Positions 22,042 to 32,305 of a DNA stretch of 64,000 nt are shown piece by piece. The DNA lies in NCBI GenBank assembly GCA_046351535.1, contig JAXLYG010000023.1, positions 64,001 to 128,000 on the forward strand, given 5' to 3'. The notes under the pieces are model-generated. The model did no database searches and was not told the DNA's origin. It saw only the letters and a list, made by a program, of their open reading frames with translations. Source of the stretch: Polyangiales bacterium. GTDB lineage: Bacteria > Myxococcota_A > Polyangia > Polyangiales > Ga0077539. Within the stretch, counting starts at the first letter, position 1. Each line of letters opens with the position of its first letter. The position numbers were made by a program, and so were the translations under genes.

Positions 22042-22735
22042 CCGCGGCCGACGTCGCAGCGACGCCCTGCGGCGTGTAGCGAATCACCCGATAGCGGTAC
22101 GCGAGCTTTCCGTCGGCGCCGATCGTGGCGAGCAGCCCGAGGGGCCCTCGTCGGCTCTCCGTGAAGAGCACCTGATCGATCACGGTGGCCTCGTCGTTCG
22201 CGTCGATGAGCTGAACGCGCACCGCGGCCACGCCTGCGTCCGCGAGGCGCGCGGGCGCGAGGAGCGTCGTCTGGATGCGACGCACGCGCTGGGCGCGGTC
22301 GGTCACCACGAGCACCGGGTCGCGCACCTCGGTCTCTTCCCCGAGGAACGGCATCCGGTCGCCGAGCGTCACCATCACCTCTGCCGTGAGCTTCGGAAAC
22401 GCGAGCTCCGTCGAGCGCAGGCGCACGGTCCTCGGGCGCGCGTCGCCGGGGCTGAAGCTCTCGTCGCGCGCGCGCTCCCGGCCCGCGTCGCGCCAGCGGA
22501 GCGTCACCGCGGCGTCGACGAACTCGTCGGGGAGCAGCGGCACGAGCCGCAGGTCTCGCGCGCTGCGCCACGGGCCCGACACCACGCAGCTCGTCCCGTC
22601 GACGGGCTCCCACCCGTACGTGACGCGCGCGCCCGACGCGAGCGACCAGGTGCAGCGCGATTCAAAGGCCACCGTCGCATCCGGCGCGACGCGCAGGCTC
22701 CATGTGTCCGCCAGGTGATCCTTCGAGAGCCGCAC
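21995..22735 (-). pseudogene. C-terminal portion of P3, same frame, separated by a single TGA (22889-22891)
   Basis: Same reading frame as 22889..24370. Encodes paralog-type C-terminal modules (AYRYRVIRYTPQG). Confidence 0.45.
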
Positions 22736-22888
22736 CGTGGTGGAGAGGCGCCCGCGCGGCGTCGGTGACGGTGCGCAGCTCGACCGCGACCTCGGCGACC
22801 TCGGCGAGGTCGATCTCGCCGGCCATGACCCGCACGTCGACGCGGCGTACGAAGCGCGAGAGGCTGAGCGCCAGCACCCGCGTCGCGG

Positions 22889-24370
22889 TCACCTCCCACG
22901 GGCCTTCGACCTGCGCGCCCCGCCCGCGAGGGGGCCGTCGGGCGCGAACACCAGCCTCGCGCGGTAGCGGTACGAGCCCGCGTTCGGATCATCGAGCCAC
23001 ACGGAGAACGCCTGCGCGGCGCTCCTTTCGGGGGTGAACTCCAGGGTGCGCGTGACGGTGCCGTCGGGCGCGTCGGCCGGGTGCGTGAGGTCGACGAGCA
23101 TCGAGCTCACGCCGAACGCGGCGAGGTCGCCCACGGGGCTCACCAGCACGTCGAGCCGCCGGAGAAAGTCTCCCCCGAGGGTGACGTCGCGGATGACCTT
23201 CGACGCATCGACGTCGGCGGTGAGCGCGTCGAGGAGGCCCTGCGGCGCGGCGATGCGCTTCTCGGCCGCGGTGACGGCGTAGTCCGCGACGAGGGTGCCC
23301 TCCTCCTCCTGGTGGAGCTCGCGGTACTGAAACCCCAATCGCAGCGAGAAGGGCATGCCGTTGCCCTGACCGCCTCCCCCCGCGGAGAACTGCTTGACGG
23401 TCTCGGGCGAGACCCCCGCGGCGCGCGAGACCTTGTCGACGAGCTCGGGGTTCTTGATCACCGACGCGAGCGAGTCGGCGCCGATGGCCTTCACCGCGTT
23501 GAGAATGGCCTCGCCCGTCGCCCGCTCACCGCCTTCGGGCGAGAGCGCGGGCGCGAAGAAGCGCTGGATGAGGTCCTGCTTGAACCACTCGAGCGCGGCG
23601 TCGGCCGACTGCCGCCACTCGGCCTCGTCGCTGAAGCGCGTGACCTCGACCTCGATGGCCCCGTCCTGCACGAGCTTCTGCACCGTCTTGCCGACGTCGA
23701 CGTCGAGCGACCAACCCTGGTACGTCACGCCCGCGGCGAAGCCCGCCTTGAGGCTGTCGGAGATGCGCTTCTTGTCGGCGCGGACCTTCACGTCGAGGGC
23801 GGGCCGCAGCCCGGCGTATTCGAGCTCGTAGCGCACGCCGAGGGGCGTGGGCCCGGGCATGCGCAGGAGGGCCGCGCCCAGCGCCGCGGCCGCCTCGTCG
23901 GGGAGCGCGAGCGCGAAGAGGGCGCGCTCGGTGCCTTCGAGCGAAGGCGTGGTGTCGCCGAGGATCACTTCGAAGACCTCGGGCGCGCGGGGGGCAGGCT
24001 CGCCCGCGGCGGGGACGTGCGCGGCGACGGTGGCGAGCACGGCGCGCCCCGACGTGAAGACCACGGGCGAGAGCACGGGCTCGTCGACGCCTCGCTCCCG
24101 CAACGCGGCGCGCACGGCGTCGAGGGTCTCGCGTTCGACGGCGAGCTCCACCGTGAACGAGAGGAAGCCGCCGCCCATCCGCTGCGCGACGCCCGCGGCG
24201 AGGGGCTTCGACGGGTCCTCGCGGTAGCGCACGAACGACAGCTCGGGGCCGTCGGCGGTGCGCGCCACGCGCGGCGCCGCGGGCACGTAGTGAAAGTGGG
24301 ACTTCGAAGCGTGGTCGCGGAACACGGCCACGCCCGCGATCACCTCGGGCGGCGGGTCGAGCAGGAGCAC
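22889..24370 (-). CDS. paralog P3, N-terminal portion (terminates at in-frame TGA)
   Basis: N-terminus MLLLDPPPEVIAGVAVFRDHASKSHFHYVP; block VRYELEYAGLRPALDVKVRADKK. Only 493 aa against 770-950 for intact paralogs. Confidence 0.6.
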   Translation of the reverse strand: MLLLDPPPEVIAGVAVFRDHASKSHFHYVPAAPRVARTADGPELSFVRYREDPSKPLAAGVAQRMGGGFLSFTVELAVERETLDAVRAALRERGVDEPVLSPVVFTSGRAVLATVAAHVPAAGEPAPRAPEVFEVILGDTTPSLEGTERALFALALPDEAAAALGAALLRMPGPTPLGVRYELEYAGLRPALDVKVRADKKRISDSLKAGFAAGVTYQGWSLDVDVGKTVQKLVQDGAIEVEVTRFSDEAEWRQSADAALEWFKQDLIQRFFAPALSPEGGERATGEAILNAVKAIGADSLASVIKNPELVDKVSRAAGVSPETVKQFSAGGGGQGNGMPFSLRLGFQYRELHQEEEGTLVADYAVTAAEKRIAAPQGLLDALTADVDASKVIRDVTLGGDFLRRLDVLVSPVGDLAAFGVSSMLVDLTHPADAPDGTVTRTLEFTPERSAAQAFSVWLDDPNAGSYRYRARLVFAPDGPLAGGARRSKARGR

Positions 24371-24374
24371 GCGG

Positions 24375-26675
24375 TCACCCCTCGACGCGCGCGGGGAGCA
24401 CGAGGTAGCGGTCGGTGCTGGTGAAGGGACCGAGGCGGCGGTCGAAGCCGTCCTCGGAGACCCACGTCGCCTCCCAGCGGTAGCTGCGCTTGCGGAGGTC
24501 CTTGATGCGCACCTGCCAGACGAGCGGCTTGTCGGTCTGGTGGAGCTCGCCCGCGATGGTCTCGTGGATCTGGTTCGCGTCGTCGTCGTACGACAGGTTC
24601 ACGCGCACGACCTCGATGCCCCGAGGGAGCGCGTCGGCGAGCGAGGCCTCCACCTCCAGCGACCGGAGGGCGAGCTCGCCCACCGGGAGGAAGCGCGCCT
24701 CGGCGTCGATCCAGCCCGTCTCGACGATGTCGTTGTCCTTCGTGACGAGGGTGACGCGATAGCGGTACCGCGGGCGCCTGGCGCCATCGACGGAGATCGA
24801 CCACGGCTGGCGCGCGGCGAGGTTGGTCTCGTCGAAGAGCACGGCGCCCTCCTGACGCACGCGGGTGACCGGGTCGACGTACTCGAACTCGACGCCGACG
24901 CTCGAGAGTCGCGCGCGGTCGCCGACCACGTAGGTGGTCACCGTGAGGTTGTCGGGCTGCGGGTCGGTGACGGTGTAGTGCGTCACGTCGGAGTCGGGCG
25001 TGCGCACGTCGTCGAGCGAGAACCACCCCGTGTCGATGGACGCCCCGGCGGCGCGGTGATAGCGGAGGCGCAGCTCGACCTCGCCCTTGGCGTCGGGGCC
25101 CGTGCGCCAGCGCGCGGAGAATCGGCGCTGCGCGGCGGTGAGCACGCCGTCGCGCACCATCGAGAAGCCCCCGTCGGGCTCGGCGTAGCGCACGAGCGCG
25201 TGCACCGCGGGGTAGCGGTCCGTGGGAAAGCCCGCCACGAGCTCGACCTCGACGCCGTCGCTGCGAAACAGCGACCGCGGGTCGAGCATGAGGAGCGTCC
25301 CCTCGTGGTCGCGCCACCCCGAGTCGACGGAGGATGACGGCCCCGGCACGTCGTCGGGCTTGAACGTCGCGGTGAAGCGGTAGCGGAGCTTCGAGCGCGT
25401 CACGGGGTCGAGCCACGCGCGTCGGGTCTGCCGCGGCGCCACCTTGTCGAGCAGGAAGCTCCACGACTTCGACCCCGCCCCGGCGGCGCCATACTCGATA
25501 TCGACGCCGATCGCCGCGATGCCGTCGGAATCCCACGCCGCGTTGGCCACGACTTCGAAGGGCACCACGGACCAGAAATCATCGCGCGCCTCGACGACCT
25601 TCGTGATGGCCTCGCGCTTCAACGCCGCGCCCGCCACCATCGTCGACATGTGCGCCTGCGGGTGGATGGTGCGCTCGACGGCGCGACGCACGGTCCAGTC
25701 GACGTGGAGCGTGCGGAGCTGCTCCTCGGTGTACTCCTTGTGCTGGTGCGAACAGCCGCCGAAGATGGCCATGAGGCCACCCTGCGCGATGTCGGTCATC
25801 GTGCGGCCGATGGTGTTGCCGATGCCGCCGCCCGCGGCGTCGGTCTTGTTGAGCGTGGTGGTGAAGAAGGTCTCGATGATGAACTTGCGCATGTCGGCCT
25901 CGACGGCCTTGCGCTCGTCTTCGAGGCCCTCGGCGCCGACGCCCTGAACGGTGGACACCACCTCCACGATCTTCTCGTCGAAGAGCTTGTCGACGGCCTT
26001 CTCGACCTCGTTGGTCGAGAAGATGAGGAAGCCCCAGCGCGACTTGTCGTAGTCGCTGATGTGCTCGTAGACCTTCTTCCAGTCGGCCTTCACCTCGACG
26101 CGAAACGCGGGCTGCATGCCCGCGAAGGTGAGGTCGTAGATGACGCCGATGGGGGTGAAGCCGTCGAACGCGCCGTAGAGCGCCTGCGCGCCCTTGCGCG
26201 AGAGCATGGCTTGAAAGATCGCGCGGTTGTCGCCGTAGAGCGACGGGCTCGTCGACGCGTACGCGCGCACGACGAACTCGGACGGCGCCTGCGGGTCGTG
26301 CTCGTGCCCGGGCTCGGGCGTGCGCGCGTCGAGCAGGAGCAGACGCACCGCGCCGCTGCGGTAGAGGAGCGGCGCGAGCTTCGGCTCCTCGTCGAGGTCG
26401 AGGTCGCGACGGAGCTGCGCGCGGGCCGCCTTGACGGCCTCCTCGGGGAACGACACGTCGACGTCGAACGAGAGGAAGGCGACGGCGTCTTCGGCGTCGG
26501 GCGCGAGGCGGTCGAGGTCTTCGCGCAGCACGAGGAGCTGGATGGCCGGGCGCCCCTCCGCGTCGAGCGCGAGGTGCGGTGTGTTGGGGAGGTAATAGAA
26601 CTGCCGCGGGTCCGCCGAGTCGGGCAGGACACACATGTTGCCGTACTGGCGAAAGGGCTTGCCGAGGTCGAGCAT
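24375..26675 (-). CDS. paralog P4 of uncharacterized family
   Basis: MLDLGKPFRQYGNMCVLPDSADPRQFYYLP...PSLYGDNRAIFQAML...VIYDLTFAGMQPAFRVEVKADWKKVYE. 766 aa. Confidence 0.75.
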   Translation of the reverse strand: MLDLGKPFRQYGNMCVLPDSADPRQFYYLPNTPHLALDAEGRPAIQLLVLREDLDRLAPDAEDAVAFLSFDVDVSFPEEAVKAARAQLRRDLDLDEEPKLAPLLYRSGAVRLLLLDARTPEPGHEHDPQAPSEFVVRAYASTSPSLYGDNRAIFQAMLSRKGAQALYGAFDGFTPIGVIYDLTFAGMQPAFRVEVKADWKKVYEHISDYDKSRWGFLIFSTNEVEKAVDKLFDEKIVEVVSTVQGVGAEGLEDERKAVEADMRKFIIETFFTTTLNKTDAAGGGIGNTIGRTMTDIAQGGLMAIFGGCSHQHKEYTEEQLRTLHVDWTVRRAVERTIHPQAHMSTMVAGAALKREAITKVVEARDDFWSVVPFEVVANAAWDSDGIAAIGVDIEYGAAGAGSKSWSFLLDKVAPRQTRRAWLDPVTRSKLRYRFTATFKPDDVPGPSSSVDSGWRDHEGTLLMLDPRSLFRSDGVEVELVAGFPTDRYPAVHALVRYAEPDGGFSMVRDGVLTAAQRRFSARWRTGPDAKGEVELRLRYHRAAGASIDTGWFSLDDVRTPDSDVTHYTVTDPQPDNLTVTTYVVGDRARLSSVGVEFEYVDPVTRVRQEGAVLFDETNLAARQPWSISVDGARRPRYRYRVTLVTKDNDIVETGWIDAEARFLPVGELALRSLEVEASLADALPRGIEVVRVNLSYDDDANQIHETIAGELHQTDKPLVWQVRIKDLRKRSYRWEATWVSEDGFDRRLGPFTSTDRYLVLPARVEG

Positions 26676-26695
26676 CGTGGGGGCCTGGACCTGTC

Positions 26696-29377
26696 TCAGG
26701 GGTTGGGCGGCGCGGGGCGATACGCGGGCACGGGGATGCGGTCGCGGTCGGTGGTCACCGGCGGGGCGCTGATGGTGGTGTCATCGGGCAGGTGCCAGGT
26801 CACCTCGTAGGTGAAGAGCCGCGGCGCCGCGTCGTCGACGGGCATGAACCACTCCTGCGGCGTCTTCGAGGTGAAGATCAGCGTCTCGCTGCCGCGCACC
26901 CCGCGCTGCGCGTCGTTGTAGCGCACCAGCACCTCGACGAGCGGGGTCTTGTCGAAGTTCACGAGGTCGGGCCTGAACTGCGCCCCGACGCGCGGGATGT
27001 CGTAGCGCGGCACGACCAGCATCGGGTCGTCGGTGGTCTGCTCGGGGCGCGTCACCGCGGGGCCCGTCGTGGGGTAGTACGTGATCGCGTACGAGTACTT
27101 CCGTCGCGAGAGGTCGGCGATGCGCACGCTCCACGTGTCGACCTGGGTCTCCTTCTTGAGCGTGATGGAGTTCGTGGTGTGCACGTTCCCCGCGGCGTCG
27201 TCGTAGCGGAGGGCGACCTTGACGAGCGGGGTCTGGCTCCAGTCGACCGGGATGCCCGTCACGTTCACCTTGAGCCTCGGCGCGGTCTCCGTGGTCACCG
27301 CGAGGATCTTGTCACCCGTCAGGGTCTTCCACTCGGTCTGCCGCGCGTCGCCGCCGGTCTTGTAGATGGTGGTCACCTGGTACTGCCAGTCGCGCACGCT
27401 GGGGTCACGCAGCACCACCTTCCACTGCTTGAACTCGGCGTCGCTCTTGAGCAGGAGCTGCGCGTCGGTGAAGTAGTTGTGGGGCCCGTCGGCGTACTTC
27501 GCCGCCACGCCGAGCACCTGCACCTCGGTCCAGTCGACCGCCGGGAGCAGCGTCACGTCGAGCACGTCGACGAAGGGCGGGACGATGGGGAGCTTGCGCG
27601 AGGTCTCGGCGGTCCAGTCCGTCGAGAGCACGGCGCCGGTCTTGAGATAGAAGTCGACCTTGTACTGGTACGGCTTGTCCCAGGGCGCGTAGATCATGCG
27701 CGTCCAGGCGCCCGTGTTTCGATCCGCGTTGAGCACCACGTTGAACCCCTCGAGGGGCACGTTGCGGGCGCGGTCTTCGTACCGGAGCGACACGACGGCC
27801 AGGTTGAACACGTTGGCGAAGTCGACCCCCGCGGGCAGCACCTCGACGTCGATCTTGCCGGGCGTCTCCACGGAGATGTTGAGCGCGCGCGACGAGGTCT
27901 CCTGCCACGCCGAGGGCTCGCTCTGGCCGCGGCCCTTGAAGCCCACGCTCGTGCGGTAGCGGTACTTGCGCGAGCCGCTGAGGAGCGCGGGGTTCCACTT
28001 CTCCGGCTCGTGCTTCGAAGCCGAGAACGTGAGGGTCTGCGTCTTGGTCTGGTTCTGCCCCGAGGCGTCGCGGCCCTCGTAGAGGAGCTCGACCGAGACG
28101 AAATCCACGCCGTCCTCCCACGACGCGTAGGCCCTCACGCTCAGGTCGAGGGTCTTGAAGAAATCGTCCTCGAGGTTGATCTCTCGGACGAACTTCTTCA
28201 TCACGTCCTTGCTGCGCCCTTCGAGGAAGGTCTGCATGGTCGCCTGCGGCGCGATGGTCCACTCGGTCGTCGGGTCGATCTCCGTCGTCTGTTCGAAGTC
28301 GAACATCTGCATCTCGGTCTCGCGCTTGAGCCGGTAGACGTCGTCCGTCGAGCTCGCCACGTCGTCGCCCTGGTCCTTGTCCTCCTTGGGCACCTTCACG
28401 GCGAAGCGGTCCTTGAGGAGCTCCGTCACGGAGGCCTGGGCCTGCTGCGTGAGCTGCCGGATCATGTCTGCGTCGGTGACGCCGCCCGCGTCGATGCGCA
28501 CCTCGACCATGCCCGCGCTCATGGCCATCGTGAGCTTGCTCTCGATGGTGGTGTACTCGTCGGTGCCGCAGCCGTGGCCGTCGAAGTCGTGCACGAGCTC
28601 ATGCATCGTGTGATAGAGCGACTGCGTGTGGACCTTCACGTAGGCGTGCGCCGGCGGGAGGCGCGCGAGCATGGTGAGCTCGTACTCCACCGAGAGCGGC
28701 GTGAGGTCGGTGGCGCCGCGGCCGTCGGTCTCCACGAGCGTGCGCTGCATGAAGGTCGCGCCCTCGGCCGTGAGGTCGAGGCTGAACGACGCGACGTTGT
28801 TGCCCAGCATCGACGCCCGGGTCTCGTTGTTCTTCGCGATCACCAGCGAGGGCGAGCTGGGCGCGCGCAGGGTGACCTTGCCCGACTTCCACAGCGGCTC
28901 ACCGAGCACGACGGGCGGCGGCGCGGCGTCGCGGGGGATGACCACCGCGCCCGAGAGGGCCATCGTGATGCTCTCGCGAAAGTGCTGGTGCGAGGCCGCC
29001 GTGTTGGGGCGCGAGAGCGCGTCGCTGACGTTGGCGTCCTGCACGAAGGTGCGCGACGTCGGGGGCGGGTTGTTCTTGCGGCGCTCCCACTCGTCGTTGA
29101 CCCATTTCTGGAGATCGGCGGTGATCTCTTCGCGGCGCTTGTCGGGCACGCGCAGCTCCGCGTCGAAGACCAGGTACCCGCCGCCGGCGCCCACCTCGGG
29201 GTGCGCCTCGCGCTCCTGATCCGAGAACGCGTACTTGATGAGAAGAAAGACCGGGTCGCCCTTGTCGTTCACGCGCACCGACGGAGAGGTCGGGATGACG
29301 TAGAAGCGCGCCAGGTCCTGGTCGTCTGAAAACACCGAGGCGTCGTTGTATTGCTTGAAGGCCGGGAGCTTGAGCAT
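26696..29377 (-). CDS. paralog P5 of uncharacterized family
   Basis: Start MLKLPAFKQYNDASVFSDDQDLARFYVIP at 29377, with AGAGGTGG RBS-like sequence upstream. The longer ORF to 29551 is discarded as an alternate-frame extension. C-terminal W...YxY beta modules. Confidence 0.75.
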   Translation of the reverse strand: MLKLPAFKQYNDASVFSDDQDLARFYVIPTSPSVRVNDKGDPVFLLIKYAFSDQEREAHPEVGAGGGYLVFDAELRVPDKRREEITADLQKWVNDEWERRKNNPPPTSRTFVQDANVSDALSRPNTAASHQHFRESITMALSGAVVIPRDAAPPPVVLGEPLWKSGKVTLRAPSSPSLVIAKNNETRASMLGNNVASFSLDLTAEGATFMQRTLVETDGRGATDLTPLSVEYELTMLARLPPAHAYVKVHTQSLYHTMHELVHDFDGHGCGTDEYTTIESKLTMAMSAGMVEVRIDAGGVTDADMIRQLTQQAQASVTELLKDRFAVKVPKEDKDQGDDVASSTDDVYRLKRETEMQMFDFEQTTEIDPTTEWTIAPQATMQTFLEGRSKDVMKKFVREINLEDDFFKTLDLSVRAYASWEDGVDFVSVELLYEGRDASGQNQTKTQTLTFSASKHEPEKWNPALLSGSRKYRYRTSVGFKGRGQSEPSAWQETSSRALNISVETPGKIDVEVLPAGVDFANVFNLAVVSLRYEDRARNVPLEGFNVVLNADRNTGAWTRMIYAPWDKPYQYKVDFYLKTGAVLSTDWTAETSRKLPIVPPFVDVLDVTLLPAVDWTEVQVLGVAAKYADGPHNYFTDAQLLLKSDAEFKQWKVVLRDPSVRDWQYQVTTIYKTGGDARQTEWKTLTGDKILAVTTETAPRLKVNVTGIPVDWSQTPLVKVALRYDDAAGNVHTTNSITLKKETQVDTWSVRIADLSRRKYSYAITYYPTTGPAVTRPEQTTDDPMLVVPRYDIPRVGAQFRPDLVNFDKTPLVEVLVRYNDAQRGVRGSETLIFTSKTPQEWFMPVDDAAPRLFTYEVTWHLPDDTTISAPPVTTDRDRIPVPAYRPAPPNP

Positions 29378-29406
29378 CGTGCCACCTCTCGTGTGCGTTG
29401 GCGTTC

Positions 29407-32271
29407 TTAGGTGTTGGAGTAGGGCTTGAGCACCACGCTGGGCAGATCGCTCGACTGCTCGGCGAGGGCCACGGGCGTGCCGTCCTTGAGGTAGTAGGTG
29501 ACGGTGAACCTGAAGCGCCTGCGGCTCGTGTCCTTCACGTCGAACTTCCACACCTGCGAGCGGGCGTCGGCGGAGAGCGAGACCACATCGGAGACGTCGA
29601 CGCCGTGCTCGGTGTCGACGTAGCGCACCGCGAGCTCGACGAGCGGCGTCACGGCCCAGTCGATGAACGCGCCGTTGACCCGCACCGAGATCGACCCGCT
29701 GGTCGCCACGTGGAGGGGCGGCAGCGGGAGCGCGTCGCGCGGGCCGTCGGCCTCGGGCGTCGTCACCGGATCGCCCCCGCGCTGCAGGTACGTGATGGAG
29801 TAGCGGTAGCTGTCATCCTCGCCCTCGGCGAGCGGCACCTCCCACTGCGCGCTCTGCGCCGACGTGAACGACAGGGTCTTCGTCACGGGGCCGCGTCGGC
29901 CGGCGTGCGTGAGCGTCACCGTGACCGTCGGGGTCACCTGGAAATCGATGAGGTTGGGCAGTACCAGCACCCGCAGCCGCGGCACCGAAAGCGCCACGAT
30001 GGGGAGCACCTGGTCGCCCTCGGCCGTGATCCAACGGCTCACGTCGACGCGCCCGCCCGTCTTGTAGACCACCGTGGTCTGGTACTGGAACTTCCGCTCC
30101 GTGGGGTCGGTGAGCGGCACGGTCCAGTGGGCGCTGTCTTCAACCTTGGAGAAGTGAAAATCCCTGTCGATCACGCGCCCCGAAGGGCTCGTGTACTTCA
30201 GCGCGACGGTGGCGCTCGACACGTCGGCCCAGTCGCCGCCCATCACGAGCTCGACGTCGAGCATGTCGATGGGGGGCATCGGGATGGGGACGTAATCGGT
30301 GTTGAGGTCGAGCGCGGCGCCCTCCACCGTGCGCCCGTCGGTGAGGGCGTAGGTGGCCTGCACGCGCACGGGCTGGGTGACGGGCTTGTAGATCCAGCGC
30401 TCGATCTTCTGAGCGGGCCTGCCGCTGTCGAGCACGCGCGTCTCGGTGAAGGGCGCGACGCCCTTCGCGGCGTCGGCGTAGGACGCCGTCACGCTGATGG
30501 ACTGCACGATGTCCCACTTGATGCCCGAGGCCGCGAGCTCGATCGAGAGGCGGCCCGTGTCGGCCACCGACACCGCGAGCTCGCCGCTGCCGCTGCGCTC
30601 GATCCAGCCGCCCCAGGGCGAGGCGCCGCCGTTGCCCTTGTAGCCCACGCGCGAGCGCCATCGGAACGTCTTCGACGTGCCGCGCAGGGGCGAGTCGAAG
30701 GTCTTCACCTCGCCCGACTTCGTGAACTGCTGCGACCACGGCGGCTCCGCGGCGAGGCGCGAGTCGTCGCCTGCGTAGCTGATCTCGACCTCGACCCACG
30801 CCACGGGCTGGCCGTCGAAGTCGCCGATGACCTTCACGGGCACCTGGAGGCGCGAGAAGAACGGATCGTCGAGGGGGAGCTGTCGCACGTGCAGGGCGAT
30901 CTGCTCGGGCGTCATGCCCGTGAAGAAGGTCTCGAGGGTGGCTTGCGGCGCGATGGGCCACTCGAGCACGCGCGACTGATCGAGCGACACCTCGAGCTTC
31001 ATCTTCGACGTGTTGACCTTCTTTCGCACCTGGTAGGTCTGATTGCGCGGCGGTGTCACGCGAGCCGACTGGAACCTGTCGTTCCAGTCGCCGCCGACGT
31101 CGGAGGTCGCGGCCGCGTAGGTGATCGACGAGCCCTGGAAGTTGACCCCGGTGCAGAGCGTCACGAGATAGCCGGGCCGCACGTCGAGGGAGGTCACGGC
31201 GTTCTTGAGGCCGATGCTCTCGAGGTCGGCGACGTCGCCGCGCAGCTCCGACGACCTGCCGCCGCGGTTCGCGTGCTCGTACAGCCGCGCAGCCCACGCG
31301 GGGTCGGGCCTGCTCGCGTCGTTGCCGGGCTCGTCGCTGCCGTCGTCCTCCGTGTCGGGGTCCTCCCCGGGCGCGGGCTTGAGGAAGGCGTCTTTGATCA
31401 TCGTGTCGAACATGTCGAAGGCGAACTTGCGGAGCTTCTCGAGCGCCTCCTCGTTGAGCTTCGCGTCGCCCTGGTCGATCACCACCTTCACGATGCCCTG
31501 CTGCGCGAGCGTGGCGGCGTCGACGTTGTTCTCGCGCAAGGTCTCGCGGTACGTCAGCATGAAGCGCCGCGGCAGGAAGCGCAGCGGGCTCTGGGGCGAG
31601 CCGATCGTCTTGACCTTCTCGTACACGCGCGAGCTGTCGGCGCTCACGGTGATGTGCACCGAAGGGAGGCGCGCGAGGAACGCGAGGTCGTACACCACCT
31701 GGAGCACCGTCAGGTCGATCTTGTCGTCGCGGTTGCGCCCCACCATCACGTCTTGCATGAGCGTGGCGCCCCACGTCGACAGGTCGACGTTGAACACCGC
31801 GGCGTTGGCCGCGAGCGCCGAGGCGGGCCCCTCGGCGACGCGCGCCGTCACGATGCGCTGGTCCTGCATCGTGAGGAGCTTCACGACCCCCTTGCTCCAC
31901 GTGGGTTGCGTGAGCACCGCTCTGGGAGGCGTCGCGCCTGCGAGCGCGGGGTCGCCCGCGTACTTCGGGTCTGCCTTGCGCGCGGCGAACTCGCGGTCGA
32001 CGTCGGCCTGGAGCTCGGCGAGCGCCTTCGCCCGCTCGGCGTCGCTGAGGTCGAACTCGACGTCGAAGTTCATGTACCCGCCGCCCTGGGCTCGGCCGTC
32101 GGCGTCGGCGGGCTTGTCGAACGCGTATTTCGTCAGGAGAAATACGGGCTCGCCCTTGCTGTCACGCCGCACCCTCGGGGTGCTGGGGATCGCGTAGAAC
32201 CGGTACCACAGCGCGTCGTCGCGATAGACGGTCACGTGGTCGATCTGCTTGTACTCGGGCACCAGAAGCAT
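29407..32271 (-). CDS. paralog P6 of uncharacterized family
   Basis: MLLVPEYKQIDHVTVYRDDALWYRFYAIP...VVYDLAFLARLPSVHITVSADSSRVYEK. 954 aa. Confidence 0.75.
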   Translation of the reverse strand: MLLVPEYKQIDHVTVYRDDALWYRFYAIPSTPRVRRDSKGEPVFLLTKYAFDKPADADGRAQGGGYMNFDVEFDLSDAERAKALAELQADVDREFAARKADPKYAGDPALAGATPPRAVLTQPTWSKGVVKLLTMQDQRIVTARVAEGPASALAANAAVFNVDLSTWGATLMQDVMVGRNRDDKIDLTVLQVVYDLAFLARLPSVHITVSADSSRVYEKVKTIGSPQSPLRFLPRRFMLTYRETLRENNVDAATLAQQGIVKVVIDQGDAKLNEEALEKLRKFAFDMFDTMIKDAFLKPAPGEDPDTEDDGSDEPGNDASRPDPAWAARLYEHANRGGRSSELRGDVADLESIGLKNAVTSLDVRPGYLVTLCTGVNFQGSSITYAAATSDVGGDWNDRFQSARVTPPRNQTYQVRKKVNTSKMKLEVSLDQSRVLEWPIAPQATLETFFTGMTPEQIALHVRQLPLDDPFFSRLQVPVKVIGDFDGQPVAWVEVEISYAGDDSRLAAEPPWSQQFTKSGEVKTFDSPLRGTSKTFRWRSRVGYKGNGGASPWGGWIERSGSGELAVSVADTGRLSIELAASGIKWDIVQSISVTASYADAAKGVAPFTETRVLDSGRPAQKIERWIYKPVTQPVRVQATYALTDGRTVEGAALDLNTDYVPIPMPPIDMLDVELVMGGDWADVSSATVALKYTSPSGRVIDRDFHFSKVEDSAHWTVPLTDPTERKFQYQTTVVYKTGGRVDVSRWITAEGDQVLPIVALSVPRLRVLVLPNLIDFQVTPTVTVTLTHAGRRGPVTKTLSFTSAQSAQWEVPLAEGEDDSYRYSITYLQRGGDPVTTPEADGPRDALPLPPLHVATSGSISVRVNGAFIDWAVTPLVELAVRYVDTEHGVDVSDVVSLSADARSQVWKFDVKDTSRRRFRFTVTYYLKDGTPVALAEQSSDLPSVVLKPYSNT

Positions 32272-32305
32272 CGGCGTTCCTCCAGACGGTTGCTGCGCCT
32301 CGCGG

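Noticed and set aside
26696-29551. Longer P5 ORF extending 58 codons upstream of MLKLPAFKQYND
   Set aside because: The extension (MEVRREGHEPQALQVHRHLL…) is R/H/Q-rich, overlaps the 3' end of P6, and lacks the family N-terminal consensus, which begins at the internal Met preceded by an RBS-like sequence.
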